In this document: one piece after another, positions 1 through 15,351 of the stretch
Position numbering within the stretch: position 1 is the first letter of the stretch
How the letters are laid out: the number at the start of each line of letters is the position of its first letter
Made by a program: the position numbers and the translations under genes
The notes under the pieces: model-generated
The model's database searches: none
The model's input: the letters and a program-made list of their open reading frames with translations, nothing else
What the model was told of the DNA's origin: nothing
From: the human T2T-CHM13v2.0 reference genome, Homo sapiens
Length of the DNA stretch: 64,000 bases
Assembly (NCBI RefSeq): GCF_009914755.1
Contig: NC_060925.1
Reading direction: 5' to 3' (one strand)

Positions 1-122
1 TTAGTAGAGACAGGCTCTTGCCATGTTGGGGAGGCTGGTCTCAAACTCCTGACCTCAAGTGATCCACCCGCTTCAGCCTCCCAAAGTTCTGGGATAATAG
101 ATGTGAGCCACCAGTCCTGGCC
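1..122 (-). mobile_element. Alu, 5' (left-arm) part, cut by window edge
   Basis: Reverse-complement Alu left arm: ...ctcctgacctcaagtgatccacccgc...cctcccaaagt...gtgagccacc...ggcc. Confidence 0.95.
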
Positions 123-194
123 AAAATAAACCCCTTTTCCCCTTAAATTACCCAGTCTCAGGTATTCCTTTATAGCAATGCAAAATGGACCAAC
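123..194 (+). mobile_element. MaLR MST-type LTR 3' end
   Basis: aataaacc...aattacccagtctcaggtattcctttatagcaatgcaaaatggac...ca matches the MST/THE1 LTR terminus. Confidence 0.85.
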
Positions 195-1169
195 ACCTAT
201 GGAATTTTGGGTGAAGGCCTAGCTCCAATGTCATCTTCTCTCCAAAGCCTTCCTCAGCTTCCTGGCTCCTTTCCCTGAGGTCCTCCACGGTTGGTTTCTA
301 TGTATTATATATACCACTTAACAACTAGTTGAACATGTGATTACTATATGGGGACTTGCTTCAGTCTCTGAATCTTACTCTGAATCTATCTTGTTATTTT
401 TGTTATTCTCATAAAAGGCTTTCAATATAGGTGTATTGAATGAATGTTGGGAACATAGTACACATTTGATAAATAATGATTTGAGTAGGCACTTGCTGCT
501 TACCCAGTGGAACAGGCAAGCAGGCAAAGAGGAGGAGGAGGACACAAAGAGAAACTATGTTAATGAGCAAGAATCAAATGTGCCACCTCACAGCCTCCTG
601 ACTCCCTGCCTTAGAGGGTGAACCACAGGCTATTTCCCATGATTCCCTCTTCTTTGATGACACAGTGATTTGTTAGCTCTGTGGACTGGAGAGTTATGCA
701 GCTGCCTTTCTCGCTTTCAACAAGGTACTTGCTGGAGGACTTATCCAAAGCTGAGAAGCAACACCTGTGGGGACTGGGCAGGAAACACTTTAGTAGTTTG
801 TCTTGGTGCATGCACCACAAGCAGACAGCCATTTGCCTTCCATTTAGTTTCTGCAACTGAAGGAATACTGGGGGATTCTCTGCCGCCAGGAAGAAGAGAG
901 CCGCCCCCCCCGCCACCATCCATTCTTCCTCTCTCTCTCTTCCTTAGTCTTACCCCTGCACATTCTGATTGTTGTGGTGACCAGATCCTGTGGAAATAAA
1001 ACAGGCCTGAGTTCCTATGTGGCTGGGCTGTATCCTCCTCCTTCTCTAATAAAGCTATGACGTTAAGGAAGCCCTATCAACTGATGAGCTCAGAATGCCC
1101 ATGCCTTTTGTCACCTAGCCTTTCCCCATCTCTGTGCAAATGGCTACTAGAACAGCCATTTATAAAGTG

Positions 1170-1380
1170 ACAACTATGTGTTGGGTGTTTTGCATACATG
1201 ATCTCATTAGATCCATACAACATTCCTGCAAGAAAGATATCTTTATCTCCATTTAACAAATAGAGATACTGATGCTCAAAGAAGTCAAATAACTTATCCA
1301 ATGTTGACAAGCTAACAAGTGGTAGGGGTCAGATTTGAACCTATGTTGCAACCATTTTAGAGTCCTGTATGTTTTCCATT
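1170..1380 (-). mobile_element. MIR SINE
   Basis: atctcattagatccatacaac...tctccatttaacaaatagagatactgatgctcaaagaagtcaaataacttatccaatg: reverse-complement MIR core. Confidence 0.75.
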
Positions 1381-2238
1381 ATTTATATCATCTTGGAGAA
1401 CTAAAAAAGGTGAAAGTTACAGAGTCAGCCAATGTCATAGCAGGAATTAAATTCAAGGTGTTCTGATTTCCAGGGCAGCCTACAAATATCCACCATATTG
1501 AAAGAACTGTTTGAATGGATATGTTTAATGTTCCAAGAATTTATGAAACTTAAAAATATATGTTGATACTACAGTTTGAAAAGGACCCAGAATTGGAAAA
1601 GCTGCTTGTTCATGAGTGTCCCTTGTCTCTACTGTCCTGTAGTCAGTGCCCCCTCAAAATTGGATGCATCTGAGTGGAGATGCTTTTCTGTCACCTAAAG
1701 TCACACATTTACCTTTGATCCAGACCCTCCCCAGAAGCAGTGCTTTTGAAATCTCTTCTCCTCTTCTTTTTGTTTGACAAAATATAAATGATTGTTTATT
1801 TCTAGAACGATGCCAAATTCAATAAAGCAATGATGGAGTTGTGTTTTGTTTTCTGGTCAAGTTGACACCATAAAGTGGGTTTTCCTGAATATTTCCCTGT
1901 TCCACTGGTGTTCTTGGCATTGTGAATAAACAGAGATGGTGATAACATCCATCATAGAGTTAAGCACATTGAGTGGGTGATAAAGTCAACAAGAAGCTGA
2001 AACAAGAATTACCACGGATAAGCTGCCAAGAGTTGGCTGTAGATTCTAAGTGGACACTGTGGCTCATTCATCTTCGCCCTTCAGCTTTCCACCCCAACAT
2101 CATCCCTGCCTCAGCACTCATGACAAGAGTAGGAAAGTAGGAGAGAAGGAAAGCACAGGGATCAAGTACAGGGGACAAATACATAGCATTGATCTGCCTG
2201 AGATAAAATCTAAAGACGCAGTAGTAAATTCTTAATGA

Positions 2239-2581
<343 letters not shown>

Positions 2582-3312
2582 GAAAAACACTTTTTAAGTC
2601 AAAATGAACCTACTAACAACAAAAGTCATATTCCAGAAGTGCAAGTAGACACAAATGATCACTGGGCTTCTTTTAAGCAACATTCTGTTTTCTTGTCCTA
2701 ACCTATCTCAAGCTAAGGAAATTCTAGGGTCTATTGTTCAAAGACTTGAAATGTTTTCCTTGGATTATTCCCACTCTTATATTTTTCTTGCCTCTTTCCA
2801 AAAGTGCGTTAAAAATGTCCAGGTTTTTTAACTCATTAAGATGTTCATCAAGCATCTTAATGAGTTAGTCACGATTACAACTGCATCTTTTAAATTACCC
2901 AACCTGTTGAAAGGCTGCCATGAAAGGAGCTTCTACAAACAAAATCTGGGCTGTGTTTCTCATTATCTTATGTTGCAAAAAGTGAATGAGGAGTTACTTC
3001 CAAAACAGTAATTAGCATAAAGGCTGCTGAAGCAGAGGAGAGATAGGTGCGCTACTGTCTCAATGGAAAATGTCGCTGTTTTTTCTGCAAGGAATATGTA
3101 CATTACTACTAAAGGAGAAGCTCTTTGCTAACAAATGTGAAAGGGTTTCACACAGTTCATGGCACATAATAAGTGCTCATAATTTGTTTGCTTCATCGGA
3201 ATTCTCTCTGTAGTCTACTTCTCAGTCAAATAACTGTGACTACCTCCATTTCCTCACAATCCAGTCTCCTTATGTTCCTTCTGTTACAGGAATTGCAGCC
3301 TCATCACCTATC

Positions 3313-4056
3313 ACAATATTTCTCAACCCTTTTCTTTTCATTATTGCCTTCCTAAGGAGGCTTTTCAGATGTTTTTAAAAATTGCTCTCCTCTATCAAAT
3401 TTTGGTACCATAGTGTGATGGTTAATTTTGTGTGTCAACTTTAGCGGGCTACGGATTGCTGAGATCACTGGTAAAACATTATTTGTGGGTGTGTCTGGGA
3501 GGGTGTTCTTGGAAAAGGTTAGCATTTGAATTGGTAGAGTGAGTAAAAGATCACCCTTGGCAGTGTGAGTGGGCATCATGCAATCCCTTGAAGGCCTGAA
3601 TAAAACAGAGAGGTGGAGGAAGCACAAGTTCACTCTCTCTTCTGGAGCTGGGACATCCATCTCCTCCTGCCCTTGGATATCAGTAGTGTTTCTGGTTTTG
3701 GGGCCTTTGGACTTGGACTGGGACTTACAGGATTGGCTCTCCTGGTTCTCAGGCCTTCTGGCTTGGACTGGAGTCATAATACACCACTAACTTTCCTGGG
3801 CTTCCAATTTGCAGACAGCTGATCATGGGACTTCACAGGTTCCATAATTGCATGAGCCAATCTCTCGTAATAAATCTATTTCTGTGTATCTATATATAAT
3901 ATATGCTATCAGTTCTGTTTCTCTGGAGAGCCCTAATACACGCAGATATATTGTGATATCAGTTTATGCATTGTATGTATATCTGCACTTTGTACATTTA
4001 AAAAATTAAGTTGTTTTTTTATCCCCCAAGATCAATTCTCACTCCCATTGAGAATG
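3313..4056. mobile_element. hAT-Charlie-like non-autonomous DNA transposon split by an MLT2 LTR
   Basis: Left end caatatttctcaaccc..., right end ...cccattgagaatg; the halves join into one AT-rich element when 3414-3940 is removed; subfamily not assigned. Confidence 0.6.
3414..3940 (+). mobile_element. MLT2 (ERVL) solo LTR
   Basis: Starts tgtgatggttaattttgtgtgtcaac, ends ttctgtttctctggagagccctaataca; TG...CA termini; degenerate 5-bp TSD catag/cgcag. Confidence 0.92.
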
Positions 4057-5069
4057 TGCAACCTATCAGACCACAGCAGACTGATTCAGGACACAGCAGA
4101 AGCAGATCACAGAAATAGATGCTAGACAATTGATTTGGGCAAAAATCAGTGCAGATGTCCGGCATAGAAGTTTGTCTAGATCAGGCTTTGTAAAGGTAAA
4201 GACAGACAGTTGGCCATACAGGTTAGCCAAACAAGACACAGGTTGGAGAATACAGCTGACAGCAGTGTTGATGGAAGATAGGAGGGCAAGGTTCAAGGCA
4301 GGCAGAGATGTGAGAAATATTTGTCCACTGGGTCAGAGAATGCTTTATATAGAGAAATATCATCATCCAGAAAAGTTCCGTGAAAGAGAAATTATTCTCA
4401 GTTCTGAAGCCAGATTTAGACATTTTGCCTTTGTTCCTCAGGAGCCTGGACCACCCAGCCAACTGTGCCCTATTGATGAAAATCTCTGATTATTATAGGG
4501 GAATACATTATGTTGGCTTCTGTATTCCCTGAGAACCATCTACATCTCCTAGTACTTTGAAGTCGTGGTATCAGATGAAAGAGCCAAGCCTTCCAAACTG
4601 ACTTGGGGCTGTGCTGAGGTGTTCATGGCCTCAAGCATTCAAGCAGGTTGATCGGATATGAGGTGTGATATTCCTTTTCCTCAAGTCATTTATCCTCTGG
4701 AGATCCTAACCTAACCTAATCTCTCCTAACCTAAAAACAGGAGCAGACCCAGGGTCCTGACTGGGCATTCTCATTATGCTTCCTAAAACCATTAGGATTT
4801 CTTCGTGGTCACATCCAACAGCCTTTCTCTTTCTCAGGCCTGCAGCTCACTGCATGTGGTGCTGCCTCTCACATTCTCCTCTTTAATTAGAGGTCAGCCA
4901 CTCTAACTCCAGCCTTCATCACACTCTGCCTCTAGGGTCTTCTGAATGCTGTCTTTGAGGGTCTTCTCAGTCTCTTCCTTCCCCTTTATCTTTTATCAAA
5001 GGCACTCTTTTAATCTTTTGGTTCCTTTCTGTTGCCCCTCCATTCTCATCTGTTTATATGTTCGCTTTA

Positions 5070-5840
5070 AGGTCATAAACATTATTGAGTGTTTGCTATA
5101 TGCCTAGTACTGATATAAACAAGATATGGCTTTTGTGCATTCTTGTGATGGAACAGATATATATATAAAACCAAGCAAAACACAATGTGAAATATGTAAT
5201 ACAGATCTGTACAAAATGTCTTAGCAACTCAAAAGAGGAAGTGATGAATTCTGTCTTGAGAAAAATAAAAGGCATTGCAGAAGGAAAAAGTTTTGATTTG
5301 TGCTTTGAGAATGAATTAGGGATTTATGAAAAGAAAAGTTGGAGGAAGGGCATTACAGACAGAGAGATGAGGATGGGACAGGAACAGCATGACCAAGGAA
5401 GGTTAGAAAGGCCATGTGACTGGAGGGGAAGCAGACAAGCGTGGGCAGGGAGAGTGGTAGGCAACGACCCTGCAAAGTTAGGAATGCACCGCAACTGTAG
5501 TCACCATTTAAACCTACATGTCTAGTTAACATTCAAATGGATCATTGCACTGCCTGGGACATTCATTTTTAAAAAGTATAATTTAGCTCCTACTACTTGC
5601 TATATACCATGTAACATGCTTACTGCTGGTAATACAAAGATAAATAAGCTGTCCCCTCAAGAAATCAAAATATAATAGAGAGGTAGATGTGTTTTAAAAG
5701 TTATTATGTGCAATACAAGCCAACCCATGCAGTGAAGGTAGTATGTATATGACACAAAATAGAGAGTGATTAGCTCTGAGCAGAACATGTTTCAGAGAAA
5801 AAGTGATAGCAGAGCTTTAAGAGATTAATTGGGGTTGGGT
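5070..5840 (-). mobile_element. L2 LINE fragments
   Basis: attattgagtgtttgctatatgcc..., purine-rich gaggaagtgatg/gatttgtgctttgagaatgaattagga tracts typical of antisense L2 3' region. Confidence 0.6.
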
Positions 5841-5842
5841 GG

Positions 5843-6265
5843 TGCAGTAAGCAGAATAATGGCTTCTCAGAGATATCCACATCCCAAACTTGTAAATGTT
5901 ACCGTACATGTCAATGAGGACTTTGCAGATATGACTACGTTTAAGGAAGATGGGAAGATTAGATTATTCAGATGAACCTGATGTAATCACAGGGGTCCTT
6001 ATAGAAAAAGGAGGCAGGAGTGTCAGAGAAAGAGATGTGACAATGAGGGACAATCAGCCAAAACCAAAAACAAACAAAAAAAACAAAAACTGTGGTTAGA
6101 AGCTGGAAGAGGCAAAGAACAGTGTCTCTCCTCCAGCTCCAGGAGGTATGAAGGTCTGCCAATGCTTTAATTTTAGCCTCATGAAATAGCCTCATTTCAG
6201 ACTTCTGACCTCAAAAAGAGTAAGTTTGTGATAGTTTGTTACAGCAGCAACAGGAAATGAATACA
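5843..6265 (+). mobile_element. MLT1 (MLT1D-like) MaLR LTR
   Basis: gcagaataatggc...ggactttgcagat...gtaatcacaggggtccttata...agctggaagaggcaa...tttgttacagcagcaacaggaaatgaataca. Confidence 0.88.
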
Positions 6266-6840
6266 GATGGAAAAGCAGCCAGGGTGTTGGGAGTGAGAGC
6301 ATTTCAGGCAGAAGGAATAGCATAAGCAAAGGCACAGAGGCATGAAATAGCATGGCAAACCCTTGGGGCAGGGGTTACCAGTTGTTTAGTGTTGGTCTGG
6401 TTTAAGAACCACCAAGTAAGGAGCAGAAGAATGCACTGGCATGCAAAGCAAGTGCCAGATGACACAAGGCCTGGTAAGGAGCAGCCCTACCATGGAGCTT
6501 AGGTATGCTGAAGCTTAGAAGGTAAATCAGGAGCCATTTCATGGTTTCACACAAAAAAGGAAAAACACTGAATTTTCAATTTTGGAAGAAAAGCTTAATG
6601 GGGAAGAACCCAGGGCAGGGAGACCATTTAAGGAAGCTATAACAAAGTCCTGGAGGGACGTGGTGGGGCTTGAACTAAAGCAGTGTGAATAGCAGGAGAA
6701 GGCAGGGTAGCGATATTTAGGATTCAGAGAGTGACCAAATATGAGGAGCAAGGAGAAAGAGAAGAGTCAAGGATGACCCTACATTTCTGGTTTGGACTTT
6801 GGTGAATGTCCATGTGCTTACTGACATGGGAAAAACTGGA
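6266..6840 (-). mobile_element. L2 LINE fragment (continuation past the MLT1 insertion)
   Basis: catttcaggcagaaggaatagcataagcaaaggcacagaggcatgaaa...gagtcaaggatgacc. Confidence 0.7.
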
Positions 6841-7311
6841 AGTTCCTCCCAATATTTCTTAGATTCATATTTTCTGAATCTCTGTATCCACTAGGCTAAT
6901 CCACCCATCAACCTATGTCTAGACAGTCTTTAAAGTCTTCCTAGCCACTTTTTCTGATTCTAGCCTTTACCCTTCTCAAGCTATTCTCCACGATGTTGTT
7001 AGAACAACTAATTCAATATTCATAAAATATTTATTTAGTGCCTGCCATGTTCCAGGTTCTGATATAGACTCTGTTCATATCATAATGAACAAAACAATTT
7101 TAAGAATAAGTTAGCTTGCATTTAATCTAGAAGATCCTTATAGAAGGTAATTTTGGGTAGTTCCATCTCCAATTCGTATCTTCTACAATGGCTTCAAATT
7201 TCCCGTCACTTTATATCTAAATTTTTTGGTGTATGCTCAAGCTCTCTGTCAACTTCCTTGCACCAAACGAGCTGTAGGGCCTCTTAACTTACAAATGGGT
7301 TGTGATCTAAA

Positions 7312-7585
7312 GCAGTGATTTTCAAACTATCTGTGTGGTTAATTTTTTTTTAATTTCCAAGCTTGTGGTCTAAGTGTCTTCCTGCGTATGACTAGTGCAC
7401 AGGTCATGCCACCTGTGACTCACTATGAGAATTCCACAACACCCAAACCAGTCCATACCCTGCTCATTGACACGAGTCCACTGACAATGTGCTTGTATGT
7501 TACAGCATTCTCGATTTGCTCTAAAAATTTCTAAATGCTCACTCTCAATTTTAGCACCATCCACATACCACATTTGAAATCTCCA
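7312..7585. mobile_element. hAT-Charlie-like DNA transposon relic
   Basis: Begins cagtgattttcaaact, ends ...accacatttgaaat; resembles Charlie-type termini; subfamily not assigned. Confidence 0.5.
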
Positions 7586-7667
7586 TACTTAGTAAGCCCC
7601 TTACTAAAACACTTTTGAGGGATTTGGAACACATTTTTTATAAGTGCCTAATTGTATCATGATGGCA

Positions 7668-8747
7668 TTTTTTTACTTTTTTTTTTCCTTCAACTTTTAA
7701 GTTCAGGGGTATATGTGCAGGATGTGGGGGTTTCTTACATAGGTAAATGTGTGCCATGGTGACTTGCTGTACAGTTCATCCCATCACCTGCTTATTAAGC
7801 CCAGTAACCATTAGCTATTCTTCCCGACACTCTCCCTCCCCTCACACCCCCCTCTGACTGACCCCATCATGTGTTGTTCCCCCTATGTGTCCATGTGTTC
7901 TCATCATTCATCTCCCACTTATAAGTGAGAACATGCAGTGTTTGGTTCTCTGTCCCTGCGTTAGTTTGCTGAGGATAATGGCCTCCAGCTCCATCCATGT
8001 CCCTGCAAAAGATATGATCTTATTCCTTTTTATGGCTGCATAGTATTCCATGGTATGTATGTACATTTTCTTTATCCAGTCTGTCATTGATGGAAATTTA
8101 GGTTGATTCCATGTCTTTGCTATCGTGAATGTGCTGCAATGAACATAAACATGCATGTATCTTTATAATATAATGATTTATATTCCTTTGGGTATATACT
8201 CAATAGTTGGATTACTAGGTCAAATGTTATTTCAGCCTCTAGCTCTTTGAGGAATTGCCACACTGTCTTCCACAATGGTTGAACTAATTTACACTCCAAC
8301 TAACAGCATAAAAGCATTCCTTTTTCTCCACAACCTCACCAGCATCTGTTGTTTTTTGACTTTTTAGTAATAGCCATTCTGACTGGCATGAGATGGTATC
8401 TCATTGTGGTTTTGATTTGCATTTCTCTAATGATCAGTGATTTTGAGCTTTTTATCATATGTTTTTGGCCACATGTATGACTTCTTTTGAGAAGTGTCTG
8501 TTCATGTCCTTTGCCCATCTTTCAATGGGGTTTTTTTTTCTTGTAAATTTGTTTAAGTTCCTTGTAAACTCTGGATATTAGACCTTTGTCAGATGAATAG
8601 ATTGCAAAAATTTTCTTCCATTCTGTAAATTGTCTGTTCACTCTGATGATAGTTTCATTTGCTGTGCGGAAGCTCATTAGTTTAATTAGATCCCATTTGT
8701 CAATTTTTGCTTTTATTGAAATTGCTTTTGGTATTTTTGCCATGAAA
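7668..8747 (-). mobile_element. L1PA 3' fragment (ORF2 C-terminus + 3' UTR), 5'-truncated
   Basis: Track peptides [46 protein letters not shown] are L1 ORF2; poly(T) at left; TSD gcattttttt at 7665 and 8748. Confidence 0.95.
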
Positions 8748-9229
8748 GCATTTTTTTTTTTTTTTGGCTCACCCATTAAAACCTATATTGGCCATGCTAG
8801 CTCATGTTTTTCCTGTAAACAGACCTTAGACTATGTGGAGGCAGGAGAAGGAAGAGCTCTGGGACGACTCTTTGGTACACCATTTTCCTTTAAAGAATGA
8901 ATGCTTCTTATTGTGCCTTCCTTTTCATGTTTTTCTTTTACTTCTCCTTAACCATCCCATTTCATGCAAACGAAGATTAAAATTAACGTGAAAGACTCTC
9001 AAATTTTTATCAAGTTCTTGCCAGAGGTATTCCAACCACTTCAATTTTACCAGCCCTAATTAGATAAAGCTATTTAGCATAAATCATAGTTGCAATTCAA
9101 CCTCAGGCTTATGAACTGGCTGGGACTAAAAAAGAGAAGGAGCCTTTTGTCTCCGATTCACTGGCTCAACTCTGGGGCTGGCTTATGTTGGACTTCCTCC
9201 AGCCCCCAATGAGTATGTTTGTAGCCTTA

Positions 9230-10030
9230 TATTACAGTTCTTTTAGGACCTTTTTTTCAATCTATATCCTTTCTTTGATTTTTAACACTGCAAACTCTTT
9301 CTTCCCTGTGAATAAACTCTTTTTCTATGGCTCTCATGACTCCACATTGGATTTCTTTGTTGTCTCATTCTCCTCTCTCTCCTCCTTAACCGAGGGCCTC
9401 ATTCTAGACCTTCTCTCGCCCTCACATGCTCTCAGATGCTCTCATCCTCTCCTATGGAATCAGTTATTACCTAGAGAGACTCATGCCCTCAACTCTTTCC
9501 TGAGTATGAGACACGTAATTTCAACTGCTTTCTCAACATTTTCATTTAAGTATCTCGAAAGCGTCACAAACTCAACTCGATGTTATTTTTCTGCATTCCA
9601 TATCAGGACAACGCCATCTGCTTAAACATTCAAGATAAACACTTGGGATCATTTTTGACTCCTCATTTCCCTTTATTCCCCATCTTCAGCTGATTGCCAC
9701 TCACCATTCCACCACTGCTGTGTTTATTTCTCCAATCATTCTCATTTTCTCCATCTCCACTGCCTTGCCTCAGGCCCTCATCAGTTTTCACCTGGACCAT
9801 TCTCAGTTCTCTGAACCCTCAGATCAGCAGTGCCCCACCCAGACTCTAAGATGCAGTCCCACTCCTCCCTGGAGCAACCTCTCCTGGTCACTGCATTGTC
9901 TTTTCTCTCTGACAGGCATATCCAATCATCCCTACTCTTGAATACTGACCCTCAAAACTCTTCTTTCTTTAGCTCTTTGTAATATAATCAAAACTCCTTT
10001 CTCAGCATGAATTGCCAGGCCTTTTAACAC
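9230..10030 (+). mobile_element. L2 LINE fragments
   Basis: catttttgactcctc..., ctccatctccactgcc..., caggccctcatcagttttcacctggacc. Confidence 0.6.
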
Positions 10031-10384
10031 ACAGCCCCTGACTAACTCATAGCCTCTTCTTCTGGTTTAACAATAACAATAATAACAGCAAACCACCACA
10101 TCCCACAGTGCATCCTCTCAGGTATCCTCAAATTTCCCAAACCTGCCAACCTTTCCACCACTTCTCAGGCCCCTGTACCTTTGAGCATTCTATTCTGGCG
10201 ACCAGCTATGAACCAACCCTTGCCCTGCCCTGATGTTCCTCTATTTGGTATACATGCTTCAGCTTCCAAGGCAACTCCTCCAAGCACAGTTCACTGCTCC
10301 TTCTGTTGCATTCCCATAGCATGATGTAAGGGCCTCTATGGATGATTCATTCAATGGAGTTGTTCTGAGCCAGGCACTGAGCTA

Positions 10385-10874
<490 letters not shown>

Positions 10875-11016
10875 TTAATTCTGTCTGTGGGGTTGGAGGT
10901 GGAAGGAGAGAAACCTAAGGAAATCTATTACAAGAGAGATAACCCTCCTGGAGGGTAATGAGAGGAGGTCATTCCAGGCAGAGAACAGCATAACAAAGGC
11001 CTGGCAGGATGAAAGG

Positions 11017-11058
11017 GCCTGCTATATTTAGGGAAAAGCCTGCTATATTTAGGGAAAA
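11017..11058 (+). repeat. Perfect 21-bp tandem duplication inside an L2 relic
   Basis: gcctgctatatttagggaaaa x2. Confidence 0.95.
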
Positions 11059-11385
11059 GCAATTGGTTCTCTATGGCTGGATCCTGAGCATCAGCATAGA
11101 CCCAGTTAGACAGAAGGCTGGAGAAAAAGGAGAAAGCTTTACCTTATAGGGAACAAGGAGCCACTGCATGGTTTTACACAGGGTTAGATACATTACAATT
11201 TGTATTTTCAGAAAGATCATTCTAGCAACAGTGTACAGAGTACAGTAAAATATTGGAGGGTGGTCTACATGTGTACTTTTCTTATTGGGTTGTGAGCTCC
11301 TAGATGTCAAGTATTGGGGCTCTTTAATTTCTATCCTCCCAGTGCCTAATACATTTTTTCATCAAGCAATAAGAGAGAGGATCTT

Positions 11386-11746
<361 letters not shown>

Positions 11747-13393
11747 TCATCTTTCAGTTCTCTTTTGCTCTAACGTTCTGTAATTGTATAAGGGAGGTTC
11801 CTTTTTCTTCCTTTTTTTTTTTGTTTGCAGTCAATATTTGGTAATACAAATAAAAGTTTACAGAGGTGGATGTCAAGTGGTAAGTGCACTGTGAAGCACA
11901 GGTCGGCCAAAAGTTTACATGAGCTATTTCCTGAAGAGTGGGCAATGACTCTGGTTCAATTATTCACACGGTAAAAGGATGCATTTTTCCTGTTGTGGGA
12001 GTACAGAATTGTCTCCTCAAGTGTTGACTCCTTTTAAAAGGAAATAAACAGAACTTGGACTAGTCTTCTTCTTATTATTATAAGGCTTTAAGTTTTCAAA
12101 TACATTTTGAAGACATTAGAAGCCTGAGAGACACCCAGCAGTTTTGTCCACCTTAAGTTAGTTCTCTATTTATTAATTCAGCATAGTACACAGAGCTCTA
12201 CCAGGTTCTCCATGTCCCTCTCATAACTGTTGCCTGTCTTTGACTTGGTAAAATATGCTGTGACATTTCTGCTTCATCAGCACATTACTGGCCTGATCAC
12301 CAGAATTTAAAATTCAGGATCTCCAGCAACAGAGCCAATTTCTATTGACCACCCGCTCAAAAAAGCACAGGTTTATTTTAGCCTCCATGCTATTTGATCT
12401 TTATCTTGATGATGCTATAGCCTTCAACCCTCTTGATAAAAATCTTTTTTTGCTGATATATTACTATCTTTTACCCAGAAGTTTGTTTTCTTAAAGAACA
12501 AGTTTTCTCAATGTACTTCACTACCATGAACTGTCTGCAATGATATTGAAATGGAAATATTTAAATTTAATTTGTTAGAGATTTTGTGTTCAACTTTTAA
12601 AATTTAATGAGGTATTAACCTTTTCCTAAGAAATAATATTTACTGTCTAGTATCAAGCTCAACGATATAAATCTAATTTTGTAATATAATATCTATATTT
12701 ATTCATAAAACCAAAGAAAATTCTCACTTTGACCACATTTTCTTAATAAGCTATGTCCCTGGGTTTCTTTTTACAGTAAAACATAGCTGCTAAATTTATG
12801 CCAGAGCATAACTTTCCAGAGTGGCTTGTAAACCAGCCACAGTAATTTCAAGATATTTTAACTGAGTTCAACCTCCTTTATAAAAAATGTTTAGAGGAGG
12901 AAAAGAGACTGTTATTATTATAATTTGGAGAACAGAAAGAGAAAGATAGTGGTGACACCACCCATCTCTTATTCTCTCACAGACATTGTCATGCTCCAGG
13001 TGGGGTGGGTGGTGATGCCAGTAATCCCCTGGGCTTTGACTTAGCTGAGCGTGGACTCAGTTTTCAGTTGCTTGGCTTGTTCTTGAAGAGTAAGCTGACA
13101 GGGTAGATTTGGTTCTCAGCGTATCATCTAAACAAACAAAACATGTAGGGTAGTAGTTCCACCTCCAGTGAGGGGCTCAGCCTTCTTACAGAGCACTTTT
13201 CTCTACTCTCAGCCTCCTGTGCTTGAGAAACAGCAGCAACTGGGCCTGGCTGGGCTAGCTCTCCGAGGCTGCTGTACAAAAAGCCTGTATTCTAATAGAC
13301 TCATTAACCCCAAAACCTATTCAGAGCACCTAACTTTCATTTGTTGAACTGCACATGAAATATATTTGGGGATATAAGGTTAATATTTCTTAG

Positions 13394-13711
<318 letters not shown>

Positions 13712-14619
13712 GCAAATTTTAAGCCAAAACCACTATCTGAGATTTACACAAAGCATAATTTTAGCTCCTCTTTTGTTTCATGAAGTCTAAATAATATTCT
13801 CTAGAAGAATTCCCAATATGCAGGCTGATATTTACTATTGCTTTCTTTATCTTCGAAGTGAGATGATGCCAAAACAATTGTTTTTGAATATCTTATGCAA
13901 GAAATAATAATGGAAAATAGAAATGTTGTCACTCCGGATAAGTTTTTTCCCCATCCCACAGAAGTTGGAAAAAATAGCATGAAAAGAGTCACTGAAAGGC
14001 TAGAATATCACAAATTAATAAATAATAAGTCTGAGTGCTTTCCCATTCACTTATTTTGCCTGTTTTTTGCCCCCCCAGAAGTACCAATTGTGAAAAGCTA
14101 ACCTCATATCAAGCCTGGGAGAAAGAAGAGGGAATTGTGTACTGACTTAAGAAAAGTGGCAGATAAAAATAAAACATGCATTTTGTTACACAGGAAGATT
14201 TTAACGTATATAAATAAATTTTATGATGTTTATTGAACATGAATTACATTGGCATACCTCGCTGCTTTTGCATACTGACAACTGGTACCTGGTAAAAACA
14301 AGTTCTTGAATGAATGGCCCTCCACCATTCATTCTCACAAAAGTAGCTCTCCTTCACTTACTTTGGTTCTCAAAAGGTTACTATCCAAACAACTACCTCT
14401 TGTGAAAAAAAGAGCGGAAGAAGATGAATTGTTTTTAAAACAAAGCTTGTCAGTTTTAGAAACAAACTTAACCAATTTCAGTGTGTAGTAGGTAATCATT
14501 CAACAAATAAGCGCCAAACATGTAAACAGGTCTAATTGTTGTTGTGATAAGCCATTTACTTGAAAGATGCATATGGAGATAACTAAGTCTGTAGTTAGCA
14601 TGAAGCATGTTAAGTAAGA

Positions 14620-14850
14620 TTAACATGAATGACAAGTGTGGCCTCCAGAGTCAGATGGTCTGAGTGTGAATCTTACTGTCAATCACTAACTGTGAGATCT
14701 TGGGCAATATTTGTGCCTCAATTTCCTCATCTGTAAAATGGAAACAATAACTCATAGACTTTTGTAAGATTTGAATGAATTAATAACTGTACAATGATTA
14801 GAAAAGTAAAAGTACCTGATATACAATAAGCACTTAATAAATGTTAAGAT
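14620..14850 (+). mobile_element. MIR SINE
   Basis: ctcaatttcctcatctgtaaaatgg core, ends aagcacttaataaatgtta. Confidence 0.8.
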
Positions 14851-14993
14851 TTAATTACATGGATTGATTCTGGTTTAAAATTCTTTCTAGCAATGAAATG
14901 CCCTAAATTTTTCATGGTGTATGGGACTGAGACTGAAATAATAGACTACAGTTCCGGAAACTTTTTAAAGTGGCTCCTAAAATTATCTTGTCA

Positions 14994-15351
<358 letters not shown>

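Noticed and set aside
4130-4489. 119-aa ORF in apparently non-repeat DNA
   Set aside because: Starts at TTG, no recognisable domain or splice context; length compatible with chance.
4705-4734. (CCTAA)n telomere-like repeat
   Set aside because: Five short units of TTAGG rather than vertebrate TTAGGG; best explained as slippage.
7908-8776. ORFs with real protein similarity
   Set aside because: Broken L1 ORF2 C-terminus from a 5'-truncated copy, not a gene.
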